DNA of 62,425 bases, filler included. It is 4 parts of 4 records of this genome, joined end to end, with 100 filler letters (N's around TTAATTAATTAA, not from the genome) between each part and the next. Parts side by side here need not be neighbours in the genome. Positions count along the whole stretch, not along the records: positions 1 to 14,040 come from SRR20825006_5; 3 more parts are not named here. One strand, written 5' to 3'. Under the pieces are notes generated by a model, which did no database searches, was not told the origin of the DNA, and saw only the letters and a list, made by a program, of their open reading frames with translations. Position numbers and translations under genes: made by a program. Below are positions 1-8,992 of the stretch, one piece after another. Within the stretch, counting starts at the first letter, position 1, and every line of letters starts with the position of its first letter.

Positions 1-36
1 TGAGTCAGGTGCTCTAACCAGCTGAGCTATAGGACC
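1..36 (-). tRNA. tRNA 5' half, truncated by the window edge; anticodon begins CA, most likely CAT (Ile2/Met type)
   Basis: Reverse complement reads GGTCCTATAGCTCAGCTGGTTAGAGCACCTGACTCA: acceptor 5' strand, D-arm, anticodon stem CCTGA and loop start CT-CA. A TATCTTTG promoter element lies upstream at 79-86 (-). Confidence 0.85.
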
Positions 37-176
37 TAATTATTGACAACCTGATTACTCTGTTTATCAATAAGCACGCAAAGATAGCATTACCAAACAA
101 AAATTCAATTATTGACTCAAATTTTCTATTCAAAATCAAACTACGCTCAATGAGTCGGCTAACCTTTGAACCTACG

Positions 177-1199
177 CTATGCACTGTAAAGCGACATGTC
201 TCGCTTGCCGCGCATCACCACCATCGTGAGAATTCCGAAAATAATAGTCGCAAAAATAAGGTGACTCGTTTGAACCAATCCTGGCATATCCGCATAAGCG
301 AGAAGGACTCCAGAAATTAACTCCAATGCGAGCACAATGTAAACCGAACGCAACGACCACATTTTTGCACCCCTCTCGTTTCTCCAAGCGATAAATGTGA
401 GCAATGCCAAAACCAGCCACGAAAAGCTGCGATGAATATAAAACGGAAGTCCCAACTGTTCGGTCCACGATTCCCGTGTATATCCCAACTTAGTAATCTC
501 ATCGATTGCCTCGCGCACCTGCGTTCCTAAGAACATTTGATAAATTGTAATTAAAAAACACACCCAAATCAACCACAACATCCATTTTGGAAATTGCAGA
601 TTCCTTTCCTGAGAAGGACTAATCCTTCGAATGATATAGAGTTGGATAGCGATGATCACTAGAGCAAGAAACAAGTGAACCGTAATTGTCCACGGAACAA
701 GGTTTGAGGCAACAACGATAGATCCAAACCATCCTTGGATGCCCATTAACACCAAGTTGATGAACGCTAACCAAATAATTCCCTGCTTTCGGTAGCGCAG
801 CAACATCCAGAAAAAGGCGACCAGAAGTGCATTTCCAGCTAGAAAACCAAACAATCTGTTTACATATTCCGTCCACGTTTTACGCGCATTAAAATCTTCC
901 TCTTTCAACAGATTGGGATCATTTTTCAATTCATCCGCAGTTTCAGACAATCCAATCGAGCTGAGAAACTTAGAAAACTTCTCAACCTTCTTCTCTCGTC
1001 GCTCTGAATACATTTCCTTGTAATCTGACGGTAAAACCGATTCATCCGTAGGAGGAACCCATTGCCCAAAGCACTTTGGCCAATCTGGACAACCCATTCC
1101 ACTTCCTGTAATTCGAACAAAACTACCCGCTACAACAACCAGATAAATGAGTACCAATGCAACCCAATTAAACCGAACAAAACCTCGTGAAAAACCCAT
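177..1199 (-). CDS. ctaA: Heme A synthase (COX15/CtaA family)
   Basis: Multi-TM protein with GSGMGCPDWPKC, E-x-x-N-R, GxxVV, and conserved His in TVHL, IHRS and TSHL. Confidence 0.9.
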   Translation of the reverse strand: MGFSRGFVRFNWVALVLIYLVVVAGSFVRITGSGMGCPDWPKCFGQWVPPTDESVLPSDYKEMYSERREKKVEKFSKFLSSIGLSETADELKNDPNLLKEEDFNARKTWTEYVNRLFGFLAGNALLVAFFWMLLRYRKQGIIWLAFINLVLMGIQGWFGSIVVASNLVPWTITVHLFLALVIIAIQLYIIRRISPSQERNLQFPKWMLWLIWVCFLITIYQMFLGTQVREAIDEITKLGYTRESWTEQLGLPFYIHRSFSWLVLALLTFIAWRNERGAKMWSLRSVYIVLALELISGVLLAYADMPGLVQTSHLIFATIIFGILTMVVMRGKRDMSLYSA

Positions 1200-1243
1200 A
1201 TCACAAAAATAATCATTCGTATTTTAGCATTTCAAATTTTTAC

Positions 1244-2026
1244 ATGAACATTACAATAATTGGATGCGGCTGGTTGGGCTTGGAATTAGGAAAATCCCTC
1301 GTTTCGAAAAAACATACCGTCTACGGATCTTCGAGAAGCTCTGAAAAACTGCCTGCGCTAGAACTCCAAGGGATTAAGGCTTTTCTGTGCGACGCGGAAA
1401 CAGAAACGGAGATTCCTCAAGAAGTCCGAAACTCTACCGAGCTTTTGGTTCTTGCGATTCCACCAATTCAACGCAATAATCCAGAGGTTTACGCCAATGC
1501 GTTGTCCACAGTAATTGCCCAATTTTCAGAAAAATGTCATGTGATTTTTACGAGCTCAACAGGCGTGTATCCGTCGAGCGCTGGGACGTATGATGAAGAT
1601 TACTCGTTTTTATCCGAAGAACCTTCCACGCTTTACAATGCTGAACAAATGGTGATGAACGCACCGCAGCCGAGCACAATATTGCGATTAGGAGGACTGT
1701 TCGGCGAAGATCGTCATCCAATTCATTCGTTGGTAAAAAAAGGAACCATTTCAAATCCAGACGGTCGAATCAATTTTGTGCATCGAAATGACGTAATTCG
1801 TTTTATTGAATTAATGATCGAACAAGAATTTAAGAGCGAGATATTTAACCTCATTTATCCCGATCATCCAAAGAGAGGAGACTACTATATCGCTGCGGCA
1901 AAGCATTTTGATTATTCCGTTCCAGCACTACAATCAGGGAATACTACCGTTCGCATAATTTCCAGCAAGAAAAGTGAGATAACACTTGGATTTTCATATA
2001 ATTACGCGTTAGATTTACTAGATTAA
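1244..2026 (+). CDS. NAD(P)-dependent epimerase/SDR family oxidoreductase (YeeZ-like)
   Basis: IIGCGWLG Rossmann motif, TSSTGVY, LRLGGL. Start moved to ATG 1244 to avoid overlapping the divergent ctaA. Confidence 0.85.
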   Translation: MNITIIGCGWLGLELGKSLVSKKHTVYGSSRSSEKLPALELQGIKAFLCDAETETEIPQEVRNSTELLVLAIPPIQRNNPEVYANALSTVIAQFSEKCHVIFTSSTGVYPSSAGTYDEDYSFLSEEPSTLYNAEQMVMNAPQPSTILRLGGLFGEDRHPIHSLVKKGTISNPDGRINFVHRNDVIRFIELMIEQEFKSEIFNLIYPDHPKRGDYYIAAAKHFDYSVPALQSGNTTVRIISSKKSEITLGFSYNYALDLLD

Positions 2027-2081
2027 TCAACAACTTAATGCGGTCTTTTTTAAAATATTGAAAAAAATCTGTGTTTTGGAA

Positions 2082-2105
2082 TAACTTTTGCTAACATTCA
2101 ACGTC
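2082..2105 (+). promoter_or_regulatory. Putative ECF sigma-type promoter (TAAC-N17-GTC)
   Basis: TAACttttgctaacattcaaCGTC just upstream of the 2116 start; similar motifs at 7245-7270 (-) and 20607-20632 (-). Confidence 0.45.
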
Positions 2106-2115
2106 ATAACAAGTA

Positions 2116-4794
2116 GTGAAACAACTTTTTACCCTCATATTATTTTTTCTCACATTTAATGTGTTCGGCTCTCACATCGTTGGGGGAGAAATTTATTATG
2201 ACTACCTCGGGGGAAATAACTACCGTTTTTACATCTCTGTTTACCGCGATTGTAACTCTTCTGGAGCGCAATTCGATAACCCATTGAGTCTGGGTGTTTT
2301 CAATTCAAGCGGTTCCCTTGTTCAAAGTGTGAATGTACCATTTCCAGGAAGTGCAAATGTCCCAGTTGTATTCAATAACCCCTGTGTAACGCCGCCTACG
2401 AACATTTGTACCGAACATGCTTTATATACTGTGAATGTAACCCTTCCACCGATTGCTGGAGGCTACACCATCGCTTATCAACGGTGCTGTAGAGGACCAA
2501 ATATCTCAAACATAAACAATCCTGATGATACCGGGTTTACGCTCAGTTGCCAGGTCCCAGGAACTCCAAACAATAATTTCATCAACAGTAGTCCTCGTTT
2601 CAACGGATATCCGCCATTGTTACTTTGTAATAACGAAGATTTAATTTTTGATCATAGTGCGAGTGACCCTGATGGCGACCAACTTGTCTATTCACTTGTT
2701 ACCCCGAACTCTGGTGCTTCAAGCATTAACCCCGCTCCTAGTCCACCCCCATCTCCTCCGTATGGAAATGTTTCTTGGTCTGCAGGACACACAACTGCGA
2801 ATCCACTTGGGCCAGGAGCAACGATTAATATTAATCCTACTACTGGATTATTAACAGCAAGTCCTAATTTGATTGGATTATACGTTGTTGGAATTCGCGT
2901 AGAAGAAATTAGAAACGGAGTAGTCATTAACAGTACAACCCGCGACTTTTTGTTCCGTGTATTCAATTGTAATCTTCAATTACAGGCTATCTTACCAACG
3001 CAGGATCAACTTCCAGGATTTACGTCCTACTGTGATGGTTTGACAATCAATTTCACTAATAATTCCTTTGGAGGGACAAATTATGAATGGAATTTTGGAG
3101 ATCCAACTACTACCGCAGATGTGAGTACCGCTTTCGCACCATCATACACGTATCCTGCTTCAGGTTATTACCAAGCGATGCTCGTTGTAAATCCAGGTTG
3201 GCCATGTACCGATACGGCATTTATGGACATTCACGTAAACAATGAAATTACCGTCAATTTTACTTCGGATGACTCGCTTTGCTTTATAGGAAACAGTTAT
3301 GACTTTGTTGGTTTCAGTGATGGACCCGCAGGAACCGTTTATGATTGGGAATTTGGATCAACTGCAACACCTGGAACAGCCACAGGAACAAATGTAAATG
3401 GAGTGTCTTTTGGCTCGTCGGGAGTAATTAATGTGACAATCAACGCTGAATTTAACTGGTGCGAAGCCACACATACACACTCGATTTATGTATTCCCTGA
3501 GCCAGTTGCAGCAATCGTTGTCCCAGATCAGGTCGAATGCGCTGGACTTACCGTAGATTTTACTGGAATTACGCAAAACTCGACCTTCAACCATTGGAAT
3601 TTTGGGGTGGTTCCTATAAATTCCGACACGAGTAATTTGCTGAATCCACAGTATACATTCCCATCAGCAGGAACGTACACCATTTCACTCATTGCAGGAT
3701 CGTCGCAAAACTGTTCCGATACCGCAACAGCAACTATTGAACTCAATGAACCGCTTCTGGTGAGTTTCACATCAGAAGATTCCATGTGTATAAAAAACAA
3801 CAGCTTTAACTTTGATGGTACGGTTAGTGGTCCACCAATGTCTGTCTTTACGTGGGATTTCGGTCCGTTTGCGTCAATCCCAAGTTCTTCCAATGAGGAC
3901 GTAAATGGCGTAGTATTTAGCACAACAGGCTCCATTCCGATTACACTTACGGGAATATTCGAAAACTGTGTAGAATCGGTCACACAAAGCATCTATATTT
4001 TCCAAGAGCCAACGATTGATTTTGGAATTGCTCCGGGGCTTCAATGCGCTCCGTTTAATGCTCAGTTCATCGACTTATCATTTGCAGAAACGAACATTTA
4101 TTACACGTGGGATTTCGGAGATGGAACAACATCTAACCTCCAAAACCCGTCGCATTTGTTTAACGACGTTGGGAATTTCCCTATTACACTCACCATCCGA
4201 ACAGATGCGGGTTGTATTGATACACTTACCTTAACGCAAGCAGACTTGGTAAATGTTCGACCGAAACCAGTTGCAGGATTCCTCTTGGACAAAGATTACA
4301 CAGATATTTGTAACTCCGCAATTGAATTCACGGATGTTTCACAAGGTGCTACGAAATGGTTTTATTGGTTCGATGACATTACTTTTTTCTCTGAAAAACA
4401 GCATCCATATCATTTATATGTAACTGACGGTATGCATCATCCAATGCAAGTGGTCACCAACGAATATGGATGTAAGGACACGGCAATTTCGCAACTTTAT
4501 ATTGAACCGTTTACGTTCTATGCGCCAAACGCGTTTACACCTGACGGAGATGAATTCAATAACTCCTTCGCACCAGTTGTATATTTACCTGTAGATAGTT
4601 GGGAAATGGAAATTTTTGATCGCTGGGGACAACTTGTTTTTGAAAGTGAAGATGTAAATGTTGGCTGGGATGGACACCTTGGAAATACAGGACTCGTTCA
4701 AGACGGAACATATATCTGGAAAGTCACGTTTGTGTCTTGCGAACCTCACAATCCAACTCAAGTGATTACTGGCCACGTAACTGTTCTCCGATAG
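2116..4794 (+). CDS. Secreted PKD-repeat protein with gliding-motility-associated (T9SS type B) C-terminal domain
   Basis: Signal peptide, repeated WNFGD/WDFGDG PKD motifs, C-terminus YAPNAFTPDGDEFN...IFDRWG...GWDG...G-H-V-T-V-L-R. Confidence 0.9.
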   Translation: MKQLFTLILFFLTFNVFGSHIVGGEIYYDYLGGNNYRFYISVYRDCNSSGAQFDNPLSLGVFNSSGSLVQSVNVPFPGSANVPVVFNNPCVTPPTNICTEHALYTVNVTLPPIAGGYTIAYQRCCRGPNISNINNPDDTGFTLSCQVPGTPNNNFINSSPRFNGYPPLLLCNNEDLIFDHSASDPDGDQLVYSLVTPNSGASSINPAPSPPPSPPYGNVSWSAGHTTANPLGPGATININPTTGLLTASPNLIGLYVVGIRVEEIRNGVVINSTTRDFLFRVFNCNLQLQAILPTQDQLPGFTSYCDGLTINFTNNSFGGTNYEWNFGDPTTTADVSTAFAPSYTYPASGYYQAMLVVNPGWPCTDTAFMDIHVNNEITVNFTSDDSLCFIGNSYDFVGFSDGPAGTVYDWEFGSTATPGTATGTNVNGVSFGSSGVINVTINAEFNWCEATHTHSIYVFPEPVAAIVVPDQVECAGLTVDFTGITQNSTFNHWNFGVVPINSDTSNLLNPQYTFPSAGTYTISLIAGSSQNCSDTATATIELNEPLLVSFTSEDSMCIKNNSFNFDGTVSGPPMSVFTWDFGPFASIPSSSNEDVNGVVFSTTGSIPITLTGIFENCVESVTQSIYIFQEPTIDFGIAPGLQCAPFNAQFIDLSFAETNIYYTWDFGDGTTSNLQNPSHLFNDVGNFPITLTIRTDAGCIDTLTLTQADLVNVRPKPVAGFLLDKDYTDICNSAIEFTDVSQGATKWFYWFDDITFFSEKQHPYHLYVTDGMHHPMQVVTNEYGCKDTAISQLYIEPFTFYAPNAFTPDGDEFNNSFAPVVYLPVDSWEMEIFDRWGQLVFESEDVNVGWDGHLGNTGLVQDGTYIWKVTFVSCEPHNPTQVITGHVTVLR

Positions 4795-4804
4795 ATCGCT
4801 AGTT

Positions 4805-7204
4805 CTAAAGTTGAAACTTCAAGGCAATTTTTGGAACAATGTTCTTTTTCCAATCCGTCGAAGCATACGCCCCGATTTTATAGAATCCTCCAATTCCGAT
4901 TGCTCCCGTAGAGCTAATTAAAACTCCATTGAGAATTAATCCAGCTTCTTGGTAACCCTTGTGCATCGTTTCAAAATTCAACAAGTGCATTTCTCTTCCT
5001 GTAAAAGTTCCATATCCTGCCGCATAGTGAACACCAATTTGTGGTTCATTCCATTTTGCTTTTGTTTTAAACTTCGCAAAATCAAAACGCGTAAAAACTG
5101 CTGCTTGTTCAGTTGTATAAAAAGTTCCTGGTTCCATCGTTTCGAAAGAATTCGGTACAGATAAGTTCCAAGCTATATTTGTTCCATTTCCATTGTGCAT
5201 TAATTGAATAGGAACTTCTCCCAATGTTTTTGAAGCGGTAATTCTCCAAGTGAATGACCCAATTCCACGGATGGAATTTGTTTGCCCGATCTCTGTATTC
5301 ATTCGAGTGTACTCATAATCTCCTTCAAAAATTCCTTTAAATCCTTGCATTGCTTTGAACTTCACCTTTGGATACTTTGCTTGAGTAATCACTTTCCGTG
5401 ATCCCAACAACATATACTTTGCTCCAATATTCCACGTGAATTCAATTCCCATCTCAGCAACATCGAACTCTTCTAACGGTTGAAATATGCTAGAATCTGA
5501 TGGCGTAAATGCATATCCATCTGTAAATGTAATTCGTTGATAATTTCCAATAAGTCCAACCTGGATATTGGAGCGAATATCTGTCCCTAATTTAATTTCA
5601 GCAAGGCGTTGCTGATCCATCTGCGTAATGAATAAATCTCTGTAGACATCAGAATTAACTACGCTAAATGCTTCTCTACTGAAACCTACACGCCCCCTTT
5701 CCAAAACGTCTTGCTGATAATTGAAAGAAAGATACTGACCACGCTTTTTGCTGAAGTTCAATGTGAATTCCCCTCCATACTTCAACGCTTTGTCTCGAAA
5801 TCCGTAAGCGAAATACCCACCAAGCGTCGACCATTTCATCAAGCGCTCAGAAGTTTCGAGTCCAACACCGAGACGAAGACCTTCGTATTGATTAAAGTCT
5901 AGTACGCGCTCAAGGTCTAAATTTATTTTCTTAATTGGAATTTTCCCTTCTAACAACGAAGAGATCATTCCAAACTTTGTGTTGAAATCAAGGTCTTTCG
6001 AAATGCTATCAATTGCGTGATACGTTTGTGTTTCTTTCTGAGTAATCTCATGCTTTCGAATTTTCTTCCATTCGTCGCTATCCAGCTCGTTTGCGCTCTC
6101 GGAGGTTGCCAAGGTAATGTTCGATTTTTTCACCTTTAGCCCAATTGGATTTAATTGAATTGAATCAATATACGTTGTCCCTGTCCCTTCCAAATACGCA
6201 CTTTCTACAGTAGAACTCATACTCACATCGGTCATCGCTAAACTGGTGCTTAATTTAATTGGGAACCACTTTTTCCCTTCAATAAGCGCATACTCCTGAA
6301 TTATCTTCATATCAACACCTGACGAATCTTGATAAGGCTCAGCGATTACTTTTTCAACGGCGAATCCATTTGTATTAATGTATAACCTTCCTGTTACCCC
6401 ATCAAAATCCTTTCCTTTTCTCGGGCGGTAAAAAATGGTAAATGTTGTGTCGGATTGATGGATTGTCGTATCTTCAATTACAAATAAATACCTGCGAATT
6501 CCACCCGCAGCAATTGGATTAATGTACTTTTTCCCCAATAAATCGAATGTATTATCGTAAAAGCTAAACGACTGCATGCTAGAAGCGAAGGTGGAAAGTC
6601 GCGGATCCGAAAGCCCAGAAACCTTGTATGCTACAATCTCTTCCTGATCTCGATACGGCGGGACAAATTTCCGTTCCGAAACACTCTCCATCATAAATAG
6701 ATGCTTATCTGTAAAGAAATCTCGCATTCGAATTAAGGAAGAGTCCTTTGTATTCTCTGGAATGTCGTTAAGTGCATCTCTATTGATATCAAAAATAAAC
6801 TTGCTGTAGCTTTTGTAGGTAAAAGCGTCATCGGACAGCGGATGATTCTTTTTACGATTCTCTATTACCTTTTCTAGAATTCTATGTGCGGGATTCTCTC
6901 CTGGAACAACTACCACCTCTTCTATTAATTGAGTTCTAGGCAACAATAAGATGATTCCATTCTCCACAAGTGATAAAGAAACCACTGTGTCCAAATACCC
7001 CAAATATTTCAACTCCACGGAACTTACAGCAGAATCTAATTTAAAAGTACCATCCAAATCCGCGTGAAACGGACTTCCAATATTAGGGAACACTTTCACA
7101 AAAGGAATCGACTCTTTGGAGGATTCATCTTGAATGAAATAGGTTTGTTGTTGTCCTAATGAGATAAACGGGAGAATTAAGATCAATACGCAGAGTCCTT
7201 TCAT
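4805..7204 (-). CDS. DUF5686 / carboxypeptidase-regulatory-like domain outer-membrane protein
   Basis: Signal peptide, N-terminal IPFVKV...LGY...IEEVVV, GENPAHRI, FNQYEGLRLG, alternating beta-strand C-terminus. Confidence 0.8.
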   Translation of the reverse strand: MKGLCVLILILPFISLGQQQTYFIQDESSKESIPFVKVFPNIGSPFHADLDGTFKLDSAVSSVELKYLGYLDTVVSLSLVENGIILLLPRTQLIEEVVVVPGENPAHRILEKVIENRKKNHPLSDDAFTYKSYSKFIFDINRDALNDIPENTKDSSLIRMRDFFTDKHLFMMESVSERKFVPPYRDQEEIVAYKVSGLSDPRLSTFASSMQSFSFYDNTFDLLGKKYINPIAAGGIRRYLFVIEDTTIHQSDTTFTIFYRPRKGKDFDGVTGRLYINTNGFAVEKVIAEPYQDSSGVDMKIIQEYALIEGKKWFPIKLSTSLAMTDVSMSSTVESAYLEGTGTTYIDSIQLNPIGLKVKKSNITLATSESANELDSDEWKKIRKHEITQKETQTYHAIDSISKDLDFNTKFGMISSLLEGKIPIKKINLDLERVLDFNQYEGLRLGVGLETSERLMKWSTLGGYFAYGFRDKALKYGGEFTLNFSKKRGQYLSFNYQQDVLERGRVGFSREAFSVVNSDVYRDLFITQMDQQRLAEIKLGTDIRSNIQVGLIGNYQRITFTDGYAFTPSDSSIFQPLEEFDVAEMGIEFTWNIGAKYMLLGSRKVITQAKYPKVKFKAMQGFKGIFEGDYEYTRMNTEIGQTNSIRGIGSFTWRITASKTLGEVPIQLMHNGNGTNIAWNLSVPNSFETMEPGTFYTTEQAAVFTRFDFAKFKTKAKWNEPQIGVHYAAGYGTFTGREMHLLNFETMHKGYQEAGLILNGVLISSTGAIGIGGFYKIGAYASTDWKKNIVPKIALKFQL

Positions 7205-7375
7205 CTTGCAATAATAGTTTAAAAACTGTTTTTTTCACTGATTAGACTTACAATGTTGATCAAAAGTTACTCGCACTCTTCATTTTAATTCTACTTATTA
7301 TAAATTGAAGCGTTGAGTTATTCGTACTTTTGAAGTATCTCACGCATAAACGATCATATAAACATTCTGAAACAT

Positions 7376-8356
7376 TTGACTCCAAGACGAGTTTGGAATG
7401 TTGCATTGTTAAAAATGAGTTATTGGATTTCTAGACTTCTTCGTAAGTCAGTTCAATTTGGGAAACCGTATTCACTGAGCATCGAACCTACAACGGCATG
7501 TAATTTAGGCTGTCCAGAGTGCCCAAGTGGATTGAAGCAATTTACCCGACCTACAGGAAAACTGGGCGAAGATCTTCACCAAACGATGTTATCGCAAGTA
7601 AGAAAGTCGGTGTTTTATATCAATTACTATTTTCAGGGAGAGCCTTTTTTGCATCCACAGTTTTTAGACATCATTCGAGAAGCGAAGTTGAATAAAATCT
7701 ACTGTTCCACTTCCACAAATGCGCATTTCATCGATGCAAAGAAAGCCGAGGAGATTGTTGAATCTGGACTCGACAGATTAATTATTTCTATTGATGGTCT
7801 CACACAAGCCACGTATGAAAACTATCGCGTACACGGAAAGTTGGGAAAAGTATTAGAAGGATCGAAGCATTTGGTTGAAGCAAAAAAACGACTGAATTCA
7901 AAAACTCCGCACCTTATTTTTCAGTTTTTAGCAGTAAAACCAAATGAGCACGAAATTCCAGAAATTCATGCCTTAGGCAAAAAAATGGGGATTCATGACA
8001 TTCGAATAAAAACAGCGCAACTCTACGACTACAAAAATGGTAACCCACTGATGCCAGAAAACGAGAAATATGCACGCTACAAAAAGTTAGCCGATGGTTC
8101 TTATGTACTGAAGTATAAAACAGGGAATCATTGTTGGCGAATGTGGTCTTCTAGCGTGTTTACTTGGGATGGAAAAGTTGTTCCATGCTGCTTCGATAAA
8201 GACGCAAAACATGTCCTTGGTTCCTTGGCACACCGCACATTCGACGACATCTGGAGCGATCCACAGTACCAGTCTTTCAGGAATGCCGTTCTTCAAAAAA
8301 GGAATCAAATAGATATTTGCCAGAATTGTTCAGAAGGGTCAAAAGTTTGGGCGTAG
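7376..8356 (+). CDS. Radical SAM protein with SPASM/twitch domain
   Basis: CNLGCPEC (CxxxCxxC), FQGEPFL, ISIDG, C-terminal CWRMW...VVPCCFD...CQNC; true start may be slightly upstream. Confidence 0.9.
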   Translation: MTPRRVWNVALLKMSYWISRLLRKSVQFGKPYSLSIEPTTACNLGCPECPSGLKQFTRPTGKLGEDLHQTMLSQVRKSVFYINYYFQGEPFLHPQFLDIIREAKLNKIYCSTSTNAHFIDAKKAEEIVESGLDRLIISIDGLTQATYENYRVHGKLGKVLEGSKHLVEAKKRLNSKTPHLIFQFLAVKPNEHEIPEIHALGKKMGIHDIRIKTAQLYDYKNGNPLMPENEKYARYKKLADGSYVLKYKTGNHCWRMWSSSVFTWDGKVVPCCFDKDAKHVLGSLAHRTFDDIWSDPQYQSFRNAVLQKRNQIDICQNCSEGSKVWA

Positions 8357-8548
8357 TTAGAAATAAACCGATTTTGTCTCAAAAAAACCGATTTTTTAAC
8401 ATTCTAGAAATCAAATTCTCATTGAAAAGTCAAAAATATTCATTCTCTTCTGTGATCCTATAATATCCACCAGTTCCATTAACAAGAAATATATATATTA
8501 GATTATTGCTTGTTTATCAAGACACGGATCAGCTAAATTAAAACTATT

Positions 8549-8992
8549 ATGAAAACCCTACTCTGCTTTGGTGTGCTTCTGTGCGCACTATTCACAACTG
8601 CTCAAGAATCAGTCGAATCCTGGCAAAAAAACCATCCAGACGTACTCTTTTTCCAAGAAGATATTTACAACTCATTGAGTGAAGAACAACAAGCTCAACT
8701 GGGAAATAAAGTCGTTCTATACACTCAGGAAATTACTCTTAAAGACATCCAACAGTTTGAATTAAGTAATTACAATGCGGTCAAATCTGCATCCATTTCT
8801 ATAGAAGAAGCAAACGGCGATGAAATAAAGCACTGGTTGGCTTCTCATAGAGATCTAAAAATAATTACACAGACTTATTACAGTTCATTGACTTCCGCAG
8901 ATCAGCAAATGTATATGCAGCGCGGAGCACTTATTTTAACTGGAGATATAATCACCCTAAATGATATCAAGAATTATGAAGCTATCTACTAA
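8549..8992 (+). CDS. Hypothetical secreted protein with two internal repeats
   Basis: Signal peptide, two aligned ~55-aa units; overlaps the start of the next gene. Confidence 0.75.
   Translation: MKTLLCFGVLLCALFTTAQESVESWQKNHPDVLFFQEDIYNSLSEEQQAQLGNKVVLYTQEITLKDIQQFELSNYNAVKSASISIEEANGDEIKHWLASHRDLKIITQTYYSSLTSADQQMYMQRGALILTGDIITLNDIKNYEAIY

Noticed and set aside
177..1199. Heme A synthase with E-x-x-N-R in place of E-x-x-H-R
   Set aside because: A His-to-Asn variant is already known in some CtaA clades; not evidence of a pseudogene or new function
7376..8992. Radical SAM/SPASM plus downstream small protein as a RiPP cluster
   Set aside because: The small protein has a Sec signal, appears to be a separate unit ~190 nt away, and no RRE, peptidase or exporter is present
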